Assembly (NCBI RefSeq): GCF_052425735.1
Contig: NC_135766.1
Coordinates: 27,342,001-27,406,000, forward strand
DNA length: 64,000 bases
Direction: 5' to 3'
Source: Oculina patagonica
Lineage: Eukaryota
The notes under the pieces are model-generated. The model was given only the letters and a program-made list of their open reading frames with translations, ran no database searches and had not been told where the DNA came from. Both the position numbers and the translations under genes were made by a program. Positions 12,941 to 24,300 of this stretch are shown here, in pieces. Positions within the stretch are counted from its first letter, which is position 1; each line of letters opens with the position of its first letter.

Positions 12941-14331
12941 TGAATGTTAATTTATTTTGTTATGTCATTACATTTTTCAGTCATTTTAACTGGTGTACAA
13001 AAACTACTTTCTCAGAATAATTATTGTTGACTTCTTTAATGTAAAAAATACCAAGAACAATGTCATCCCAGAATGTGATCCTTCTGGTCTATGCAGGGGT
13101 CCGAGAACCTCTGGGTTACTATGAAGGCTCACCAAAAAGAAGGCTTAATCTGATAGGCTGCTGAAAAATTGTTTGTTACATCCACAATCTCCAGCGCACA
13201 CACACACACACAATCAAACTGGAACCAGGATTTCCTAGTTCCGGTTTTGGATTCGTCCAAAGCCATTGAGTTTCCTGACAGCTGGTCAAGGGGGACACAG
13301 CCTCTGGGAACGGGATTGTACCAAGAAGTAATTAAATGAATTATAGACAAGGGTGGTTACAGATGGGGATAATTAACAAATGACAAACTTTTGAGCAGTT
13401 TTTTAAGATCGCCATCTGTGATTTTTTGTGTAACCCTTAAAATTAAAAATCATTTTCATTCCAAAGCTCTGTGACATAAAACCACAGTGGATGACAAGAT
13501 TAACTCTGTTTCCAGACAATGGGTGATGGCTAATGTATTGGTTTTGGCCAAACAAAGTTCTACCTTTTAACCAGAAAACCTATGCAGGGTAAATTTGTTA
13601 GAGATTTAATTTTGTCAAATGATATCATTGCAGTCATATATTACTGTAAATTATCATTTTACATGAAAATCACAGTTACTTCAAACTAATAATTATGCAT
13701 TTGTATTATTTCCACGTTTTATGTAACACTATGGGAATTTTATTTGTACAGAAACAAGAAAGAACCTCAAGTTTGGAAAATAAAATTATGCCACTGAAAA
13801 AGAATGTTTTTGTTTTTTAATCTTCAAGTACAAAATAATGTATGCAGTAGAATTTATACTGTATATGCATGAGAAAATTTAACAATTCTCCATAGATTCC
13901 AGTTTTGCCACAACTTTTCCAAAATAATATTTTTTTATTTCCCAGTCGATGGAAAATCCAGGAGCATGGTTGAGGTGGACTTATGCCTTCAGCATTCATA
14001 GTCTTACAACCTCCCAGTTTCATAAATTGAAAGTAAAATTGTTCTAGCTGCATATTTCTATAGCAACTGATGCCATCTCTTATTAAAGTAGTGTCCTATT
14101 AAACAACGTCCAACCCCTGGGGGAGGGGGGAGGGAGCTTGGTTCTTTGAAGAGTCTGAATATGCCTGGTATCCTGTACTGAATAATCCATTAAAAATATG
14201 AAGGCAGGTAGGGTTTTTCCCGCGACGATGTTAAAGAACAACACAAACATTAAAGTCGTGTTAGATTATTCTCAATCAATATTAAAACTGCGTGGATAAA
14301 TAATGTCATCTATCTATCTATGTTGAAAACA

Positions 14332-14400
14332 TCGCGTGACCAAAATAATCATTGCGTGACAAGCCTCGACTTTCGCAGAATTTGCGCATATTCGCGGGAT
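14332..14400 (+). promoter_or_regulatory. Conserved proximal promoter block of SLC22A18-like copy B (twin TNGCGTGAC plus TTTGCGCATATTC)
   Basis: Same motifs and the same 20-bp spacing upstream of copy C (21220-21275). Confidence 0.55.
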
Positions 14401-15579
14401 TATATATAAACACAAGTACACCGTCCCAGTAAAACGAAGAGAAAATTAAAGTTTGTCGCACTCAAGGATCTTTTCAATGTCAGCTATGGACCATAAAAAA
14501 TGCGACGACAGTCCAACTGCAGCTGAAGGAAGAGAGAGAGCACAGGACAAAAGTCATTTTACAGTTATGCTTGTAGTTCTTGTCAACGCTTTTCTGTTCT
14601 CGACATGTTTCTTCATGGGTAACTCTGTTTTTCCGGTGAGTATTTAAATGGAAATTAACAAGCTTAATCTAGTTTGTATTGCCTCCAAAAAGCTCTCAAA
14701 ACAGCTGATTTTCGTCGGCTTTACGCGAAGTTGGCTCAGTGCAAAATGTCTCCAAAAACAGTATTCAAGTTGTAAACGAACAGTCTAAATAATTGGATTC
14801 GGCTTAGAAAATCCAAGAAAAGGGTTGTGCTCACAATGCTCAAGGGACAAAATGAAAGATATTTCCCTCCTCATTCTCCGTTTTTAACCTGGCGTTTTCT
14901 GTTCAAGTCTACTGCATCTTGAAGAAAACGTCCCGAAACTGGACGTCCCGTCTAAAGAGGGCAGGGGTGATGGTGGTGGTGGTTGGTGGGTGGGGGGGGG
15001 GGGGGGGGGGGGGATTTAGAGTCGGGGTGAGTCACTTTATTCACTAAACCTTTACAGCCGATGTGTGATTTTCCATGTCATCTTTCACCTCTGGATTAGC
15101 AACTGGGACTTCTGGGAGGTATCGTAATAATTTAATCACTGTTTATTTGTTCTAAATGTTTTTATTAGTACATGGCCAAGCGACTTGGAGCTGACGTGGT
15201 CACCTTGGGCTATCTGAACACTGCTTTTTCCTTTATCCTCATGTGTGGAGGACCTCTTTATGGAAGGTTTGGTGACGTGTTTGGGAGCCGTGCAGCCCTG
15301 ATGCTGTCTTGCTCTGCAGCAGTGTTAGCTTATGGTATTCTTAGCCTGGCAAAATCAGTGCCAATGTTATTTTTATCCAGAATTCCTCTGGGGTTTCAAC
15401 ACAGTACTCTTCAAGGTTAGACTTGCATGTTTTCTGTCATTTTCTTTTTGTTGATTAAGTACTGCAATATAGCTCCCTGTCTATTTCCCTACTGTTTGCT
15501 TATCAACCCCTGACACCATTGGACAATAGCTTAGCAGTTGTAATTATTACAACTACTACCGGTAAGCTATATATACACA

Positions 15580-15868
15580 TGGGAGGCGCAGTGGCCTAAT
15601 AGTAAGTGTACTGGACTCCGGAGCGGATGTTGCGGGTTTGAGCCCTGGGCGGGGTCACTGTGTTGTGATCTTGGGTAAGACACTCTCATAGTGTCTCTCT
15701 CCACCCAGGTGTTTAAATGGGTACCGACGAAATAATGCTGGGGGTACCCCGCGATGGACAAGCATCCCATCCAGGGGGGAGTAAAAATATTCCTAGCTGC
15801 TTAATTAATGTTATCGAAACCGGGATAAGCCTGGCAGTATGCACCACTTGGCTCAAGGCTGCCCTTTT
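15580..15868 (+). mobile_element. tRNA-derived CORE-like SINE
   Basis: A and B boxes (TGGCCTAATAG / GGGTTTGAGCCC); body matches 54162-54463. Confidence 0.85.
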
Positions 15869-16917
15869 ATGCTACACAGTTGAGGTTGCTGAATATATAG
15901 TGCGCTAAAAAAGCTCCAATAATGATCTATCATTGGAAACAGGTATTTAATGACAAAATATTTTGGCAGAGGAAGGTGGGGGGAGGGGCATGGCAACAAG
16001 GCAAGGTATAGGGGCTGTTAAGTGGAGAAAATTTACCTCAAGGTGCACATAATTATGGCATATGATACAATGCATTTACGACACAATTTTTGTACTTCCA
16101 TTCAATGCAGTTGCTGTTTAATTTAGAGAACATCCATAAAAAAATGTGCCTGTCTGTTTATAGGTCTGCAGATGGTAATAACTGATACATCAGATGAAGC
16201 AGGTACGGTTCTTCATATGACCAAGTTGTGTATTGAATTGCTTCCCATGCAGTGGCTGGCAGTTAAATTCATTTTGCAATACAATATATATCTGATCGAT
16301 TTTCCAAGAATCTTGCTCAAAGGGACCAGAACCTAGCTAGGCTCAGCTGTCAAAAGTGACACCCTATCCTCCCCCCAGCTTTTGACGGCTACCCGCCAGC
16401 TGGACACCAGCAGATAGCCCAGTGCCTGGGCAAGGTCTCCAAACTATGGTTGACATTAAGCCCCCCTCAAGTTAAGGTTGCTGGCTAGGCTTGAACTTGG
16501 GCTTCGCCCGAGTTCAAGCGAAAACCTCACGGCCAGGTTTCTGCGAATTTGCTGAGATTTATTTCTTTTAATTAACAGGTAGAGCTGATGCTTTTGGTAA
16601 ACTAGGTTTGGCTTTCTCTTTTGGAATCATGGCTGGCCCACTGATAGGCGGTGTTGTAACTGAACGGTTTGGTGATCACATGGTGGCATTTGCAGCGTCA
16701 ATAATATCACTATTGTCTGTTATTATGGTGCAGTTTTTCTTGCCCAAGAACACAAAATCAAAGAACAAGAAAGAAATTGCTTCAGGTATAGTCATGAGAA
16801 CTTTATTAACAAATATATGAAACAATGGATCAAGCTGTCAGGTTAACAACATTTTCTGTGTGGGTTCCTGGGCCCCTCTGCTGTCAATTCATGTTAAATT
16901 AAAAGAAACTAGGGTTA

Positions 16918-17727
16918 CCGTATTTACTCAAATAAGTGCCGCGGCGCTTATTAAATTTTTCTCGCCTCTTGTGCGGCGCTTATTCCCCAGGGGGGTACTT
17001 GCAGTATACATGACGGGGAGGTCCGACGTATTTTTTTGGGTTGAAAATTTCCACCCTCGGTATTTTTTTGGGTCAAGAGATCTGTCATGTATTTTTTTAG
17101 GTCTTAAAGTCTTTTTGATTGGATAAATCAGTATCGAGGTGCTAGGTCTTGTACTTTTTGGGGTAGAAAATTTTGATGCCAGGTATTTTTTTGGGTGTAA
17201 AATTTCAGGCTCATGTATTTTTTTGGGTTCGCAATATAAAGCTCCGTCGGACCCCCCGTCATGTATACTACAAGTACCCCCCCTGGGGCTTATTCAAGGG
17301 CGGCGCTTAAATTATTTGAGGGCGGTGCTTACCGGTGTTTAAAATTTAGACGCCACAATTGCAAAGAATCTAATCTTTTACAGGAATTGAAAATAGCGTC
17401 TTTTGATTGTCAGTATTCATCTCTTGCGAAAGAGAGAAGTGGTGCTAGCTGTCCTGGCAAAGTTGGTGGCCTTCACAACATTTACAGAACTACGTATTGT
17501 AAGAATGTTGGATAGAAAAACTGCAAGACATCGCTTTTGATAGAAAGAAATGTCCAAGTTTATTTTAGAGTTGCTTTGTAGTGCTGCCTACAGTTCAATG
17601 GAATTCCTCAAAATTTAATATGCCCCACATGGGGACTGCGGTGCTTATTTGGGGGCGGCGCTTATTAACTTTCTTTTCCCAAATGCGGCGCTTATTTGAG
17701 AGGCGGCGCTTATTCGAGTAAATACGG
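16918..17727. mobile_element. Tc1/mariner-type MITE (TA TSD) containing a nested MITE at 16986-17287
   Basis: TA|CCGTATTTACTC...GAGTAAATACGG|TA. The inner element CCCAGGGGGGTACTTG...CAAGTACCCCCCCTGGG is flanked by the 8-bp TSD GCTTATTC. Confidence 0.85.
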
Positions 17728-20249
17728 TAAGCACACTGACACACCCATGATCGACCTAGACTCTTTTGTCACCCTCCAATCCCCTACATTTTATACATCC
17801 ACTGATAATTACATTTTTTTTTCTTTAACAGATTCTAAACACCAGAATAAGTCTGGTATAAGCAAAACATTGGAGCTGTTAAGTATACCATCAGTGATGT
17901 ATCTGCTGATGTTACGGATGGCTGCCTTTCTGCCTGTAATGTTGATGCATTCAATGGGTGCTGTTATTAATATGGAGTATTTCAAATTTGGCCCAAAGGA
18001 AAATGGTCTTCTCCTTGCCTTGATTGGATTAATTGGTCTCTGCTGTACGTATTTGCAAAACAATATTAATTATATTCTTTTGTAATGTATTATTATTATG
18101 AGTTATGATAATAATTATCATAACTATCATAACTATGATAATAATTATTACAATTTATTATTGTGTTCAGTTGGTAATAAGGATGCCATTTATTAGTTGA
18201 GCTAGTACTATTTGTTCAGTTAAAACAACCAAAGTATTTCACAACTGCAGTGGCAGATCCAGACCTTGAACTAAGGTTTTGGGTGTGTGCATGTGAAAAG
18301 CCGAAAAAATTTTAGCAGACGGAGTCATTAAGAAAATATCTCTAACCACAAAGAAGTGGGGGGGGGGGGGACAGGGGGGTCTGAACCTCCCGCCTCCCAC
18401 ACCTTTTACTCCCACTTCCCATACCTTTTACTCCCGCCTCCCACCCCTTTCCATAGCTGTTCTCTCCTGTTTGTTCCATGTCTATTGTGAAATATAATGA
18501 AATGTTACGAAATTTCACTCGTTTTCTCCCGGTTCTCGCCACCTTAAGAATCCCGCTTCCCGCCCTCTCTCCTCCCGCTTCCTGCCCCTTTTCTCCCGGG
18601 CTCCCGCCCCCTGTCCCCCCTCCTCACAAAGAAGGAGGAGGCCTAGGCCCCCAGGCTCCTCCCCAAGATCCGCTACTGAACTGCAACTATTCTGTATTTA
18701 ATTGTTTTTTTTTTTTTTATAATATTTTATGCTTTCACAAACCACTGGCAGTTGAATTTATTCTGATAATTGTCTTAGTTTAGATACTTTTGTGAAAACT
18801 TTTTTGTCTCATATTATTATACCTGGGTTTAGGTGGTTCAAGGTTTCGTGGTTGGTGCACTGACAAGAAGATTTAGTGAGCCTCCTCTTCTAATACTGTC
18901 CTTTTCTATTTCCGGATGTGCATTTACTTTAATGGTAGGTTCTTTAAAAATGTGTGTTGTGTATGTATCGTAACTAAACCTTTGATTAAAATTTGTTAGT
19001 TAATGATAGTTCTGATCAGCATTTGGTGGTAAATACAGCGAGACAATGTGCGGTTCCAGAAAATATCCATACCCTGCCCATGGAAGCTAGAGCATTGGGA
19101 ATTCTGAGGGGCGAGGGATGTCAAAAGCCAAAATTTTTATAGAAGAGTATGGGGCTAATAACTGGAATTTCCAGAGGTCGACAGAGGGGCAGGGAAATTC
19201 AAACCAAAAAACTCTCAGTGGAACTGGGGGATGGATGTCCTCACAATTTTTATAAACAATTTGTATAGACATCTGCAGGAATACAGACAGAACTATACAC
19301 TGTGTACTTGTGTACTTTCAGTCTTTTATTAAAATTTTGAGTCAACTAATATTTTGTTTTCTGTTTGATTGATGCAGTATTTTGCCATGTTTACATTTCC
19401 ATTTGTCATATCTCAAATGATTATGGTGATCGGCTTCGCCTTAACACGCACCATAACAACTGCCATGGCAACCAAAGCTGTCAATGCACATGATACTGGG
19501 CTCCTGTTGGGGCTGAGTGCCACCTGTGAAGCTCTTATGAGGACTATAGCTCCTGGAATTGGAACATTTATGTTCCTAAACTATGGCTGGCCATCATTTG
19601 GTACCTTGGGAACTGCCATTGAATTTGGTGCAGTTGTAATGCTATTGGTCAAGAGACTTAATTAATACATGGACATCTAGTTCATGCAAAACACTATAAT
19701 TTGTAGGTTTTATTTGCAGTGCATGCTTGCCATAACTGGCAGGTCTGCCTAGTCTTGATGGTATTGAGATAAATAGCCTGAACTCCAGTCTTTCAAAAGA
19801 AATCTACTAGATATTATTATCCAATTGACAGGGCCGTACCTAGGTTTTTGTGCAGTTTCAGAAAATATCCATACCCACCCATGGAAGGTCATTGGAAATT
19901 CGGAGAGCGTTAGCAGGTAGGGGTCTCAAAAGCCAAAATTTTTCAAGGAAAGTATGGAGCCTGACTGGACTTTTTGGGAGAGGTGGGTAATTCAAACCAA
20001 AAAACCTGACATGGGAGGGGTATGGATATTTTCTGAAATATTACATAATTTTAGTATCGCGGCAGCAGAAAGTACTTAATTATGTTACTAATGTTTTAAG
20101 TGCTAGTGTAACCTGCATAGCAGGCGCCTGTGTAGTTATTTTAGTGCTTTTAAAAGAGAGCTTGATTGTGAGAAGGCCACGCCCCCTTGCACCTTTCGAG
20201 TTTCCCAAGCGCCTGCTTGAAACTATGGCGCCTGCTACGCAGGCTAGTG

Positions 20250-20521
20250 CTACAATCTTGGACAAAACTGTTGAAACACTTAGCAAATTTCCACTTATTT
20301 AGCAAACAGAGTTCAGTATTTCAACCCCCCTCCCCCCATTTCAATGTTGTTAATGCTTTAGTGTTTTTAAAGCAAAGCCTGTCAAGCCGCAAATTATCCT
20401 CAAGAAACAACATTGAGTAGGGGGGAGGGGGATAAGATATTTTAACCTGCTTGCAAGTCGAGTAACGTGTGAAAAATGCGTGAAATGCGTATGTGTCAAC
20501 AAGTTTTGTCCAAGATTGTAG
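20250..20521. mobile_element. MITE with CTACAATCTTGGACAAAAC TIRs; second copy at 50938-51206
   Basis: TIR pair plus a homologous copy in opposite orientation in TUBE1 intron 9. Confidence 0.8.
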
Positions 20522-21219
20522 TGATTTTAGGGTGCATTCTTTTGCTATGATCTTGATCTACGGATCAATGATCCAAGCTCATGCTGCATCAAAGAAACCA
20601 GTGAATCCTTGCCCAGGGCAAGAACTACATGCAACAGGCCACCACCGAATTTATTCATGTTTACCATATTTTTTCCATGATTGCTGAAATTAACCCTAAC
20701 TCTCGTTGACCACTGTTAGCCCTGTCTAACACTAGTCTATGATCCAATTGATCTTGGATCATTGATCCTGATCCGAATCAATGCAAAGGAATGCACCCTT
20801 AGACTTTATTATGATGACATTATAATATAAAAAGAAATTTAAAAAAATCAGTGTAAATAGAGTTTATTTTTACCATTAAGAAACTGTGGGGAAGCTGTAA
20901 AACAATCCTAAACAATCTAGTGACCGATGCTACAAACATCCTCAGCTTCCCTAAAGTTAATTTCTTTTGAGACAAATGAAGAACATGAAGTGACTTTTTA
21001 GGCCAATGTGCTGCATTAGATAAGGTTTAAAAGAAAATCAACATCAAATAAAGGTGTGAAATGTAATTTAATAATAAAAATTGAGTAAGTATCTCTTTAC
21101 AAGCTTAGAGTATACTTACCATACAGAGTAATCGTTAAAAACAGCAGATCCCAGCAGATCCTGTACTGAGAATTTCCTAATCTTGTCAGGCAGAGTGAGA
21201 TCTGGGCACAAGATTAACT

Positions 21220-21275
21220 TTGCGTGACTAAGATGACCATTGCGTGACAATCCGGATTTGCGCATATTCACGGCG
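21220..21275 (+). promoter_or_regulatory. Conserved proximal promoter block of SLC22A18-like copy C
   Basis: TTGCGTGAC at 21220 and 21240, then ATTTGCGCATATTC, as upstream of copy B. Confidence 0.55.
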
Positions 21276-21356
21276 TTATGTAAACATCAAGTACAACGTC
21301 CGAGAAATTGGAGTTTTTCGCGCGCTTACCGCACTCAAACATCTATCATATCTAAC

Positions 21357-24300
21357 ATGGTTGATGAAAAAAGCGACGATGATTCGTCTACAGCTGGAGA
21401 CAGAGATACGGAGCTTAACAAAAGTCGTTTTACGGTTATGCTTGTAGTTCTTGTCAACGCTTTTCTGTTCTCGACATGTTTCTTCATGGGTAACTCTGTT
21501 TTTCCGGTGAGTATGTACGTGAACAAATTAACAAGCCTAATCTAGTTTGTATTGCCTCCTAACTAACAATCAAAACAGCCGATTGTGTCGGCTTTATGTG
21601 TTTCGAACCGTCGCAGAGTTAGCAGTGTAAGATCATGATTACATCACGCGATCAGAAGGACTAGGACCTACTACAAGAACTAATCAATGGGATTCGAGGT
21701 TGGGAAAAATCCATGAAAACAAACGGTTTGTTTTAAATGAAACTAAATTTCTGGGAAATTCTCACGTAACTTAGCGTTTTTTCCAAACTCATCTCTATGC
21801 AGTGAAGTACCATTAATCAACAAATGGGACACGCCCGAGGGGGAGGGTAAGAGGCACGAAACTTTAAACCGATTTTACCAAAAGGCAAAGCGACAGTTAT
21901 TATGTGGAGGCCAACACAACAAAGTCTAAAACACTTTACGTTCAACAACTGCTCAGCTTCCACTGCTAAGGGGTCGTTTTTATAGTGTTGGGGGAATGGT
22001 GGTATTTTAGGTGGGGGGGGGGGGGGGGGGAGTCATGCCAAAAGATAATGGCTTTAAAAGGTGGGGAATCTACCAGTAATCTGAAAAAATTGCTGCTAAA
22101 ATTACAGCTTTACATACATAAGGTAGCAGTTGCTGATTTAGGAGGGATATCAGAGAGGGCCCCCTCTCCAAAACGTCAGAAATTTAAAGCCCTCATCAAA
22201 TTTGTTTTGCATACCCAAAGCAGTTCCTGGGTGCAATTTGGTCAAAATTAGGTACTGTTTTGGGGTGGGGACTGAAATAGGGTAGGGAAAGGTGCATATT
22301 TTCTTCTGAAAATTATAGGGTAAGGGTTTCAGGAAGCCGGCTGCACAACCAACCCAAGAGTATCCCCTCCCCACCCCAGGCAGTCTCCTTATTGGAGCAA
22401 GAAAGGGTCCATTAAGCCCCTTTACATATTCCTCTTTTGGATAAGAGAGGGTCCATTTTCATAAGTGCTCCCTCTTTTGAACACATCTGGATCTGGTAAT
22501 GGTACCTTAAACACTCTTTTTTGTTCTATTATTAGTATACGGCCAAGCGTCTTGGAGCCGATGTGGTCACATTAGGTTATCTGGAAACTGTGTTTAATTT
22601 CATCCTCATGTGTGGGGGACCTCTTTATGGAAGGTTTGGTGACGTGTTTGGGAGCCGTGCGGCCCTGACCCTATCCTGTTCTGCTGCAGTATTAGCTTAT
22701 GGTATTCTCAGCCTGGCAAACTCAGTACCAATGCTATTTCTGTCCAGAATTCCTATGGGTTTTATGCATACCCTCCAAGGTTTGAATGTACATGTTAATG
22801 GTTTCTTTCTTAGATTTGACACTGTCATCTTTTTGGTCAGGCTTGGGGATATGTGGGGGGGAGGGGGGGGGGTTGGGAGAGCAAAGTAGTCTGAACTTCC
22901 CACCTCCCACTCAGGAACAGATCCAGGTGTTGTCTTAGGAGGGGGTGCACCACTAAGGAATGGCATAAACTGACTTTTTTTTGTGGCGCACTCCCTGGGG
23001 GTGCACTCCCTGCACCCTCCCCCTAGATCTGTCCCTGCCACACCTGTTTGTCCTGCTCATGGCCCCCTTATTAGCCACTCCCACTGAATTTTTAACTTTT
23101 AACATACAATCAAGCCCAAATATTACTATTTTTAAATCTAAGCTAAAGACATATTTTTTTAAGAAAGCATATGACTTGTTTTAATATTTTTAATCTTTTA
23201 TTGTTGTAAAATTATTTTAATATTTTTAATAGTTTGCCTTTTTTATATTTTAACTTACCTGTAAAGCGCTTTAGAATAATTTTTATATAATTTTAGCGCT
23301 ATATAAATTAGATTATTATTATTGGAAATCCTACTGCCCCATCCCAGCTACCTCTCCCAGCCCTTATTTTCTTGGGTGCATGACTGTCCCCTGTTTTACT
23401 TCATTCTCATCACTTTCAAGTGTTGCGTGACGAGCACAAAGAACAGCTGCGAAGGAGACTATGATGATTAAGGCTGCGAGCTGGTCAGGCAAGCCAAGTC
23501 AAACTTTAATAAAATGTCTTTGATACCTTAACATTTTGGTGCAGCCGTGCAGGGCAGAGCACAACAAGGGTGTATAGGGGTACATGTAGTTTCCCATTAC
23601 AATATGATACTGAAGGGTGAGCAGCGTGGGGATGTAACAAGGCAACACAACATCATCATTTTGTATAGAAAATTTTCAATGAAGTGTGGTTACTTGTTTT
23701 GATTTGTCACTTCATGTTTATAGGTCTACAAATGGTAATAACTGATACATCAGATAAAGCAGGTATGACCACTTTATGATCGAACACAACTTATATAGTT
23801 ATGAATCAATTGAGTACAGTAAGACTGTCTCACAAATGAACTCACAGTATTAAAGGTTTGGACTGCAGGTTTGCAAATGTTAATGGTTAAGCACAAATTT
23901 ACTTTATGTTTTTGCTATTTACAGGTAGAGCTGATGCTTTTGGTAAACTTGGTTTGGCTTTCTCTTTGGGAATCATGGCTGGCCCACTGATAGGCGGTGT
24001 TTTAACAGAACAGCTTGGTGACCGCATGGTGGCATTTACAGCATCAATAATATCACTGTTGTCTGTTATTACAGTGCAGCTATTTTTACCCAAGAGCACA
24101 AAATCAAGCAACAAGCAACAAACTGCATCAGGTATATATTTTATGAGAACTTTATTATCAATGTGTTAATTTAGAAAATGCCCATAACCCTCACAAAAAG
24201 TTTGTTAGTTAATCCCCTCCCCCCACCTTTTGGTCCCCTGAAGGGAGGAAAATGAAAGACCCTGGGAAGGAGGTTGGAAATTTCACCCACTTTAGCTACA

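Larger units (their letters stand above)
14477..19665 (+). pseudogene. SLC22A18-like MFS transporter, copy B, with an apparent +4-nt frameshift at the end of exon 5; exons 14477-14635, 15169-15415, 16164-16202, 16579-16785, 17832-18044, 18833-18934, 19378-19665
   Basis: Same 7-exon structure as copies A and C. Exon sum is 1255 nt (3n+1), giving a premature TAG at 18874-18876. Could be a null allele or an assembly error rather than a fixed pseudogene. Confidence 0.65.
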
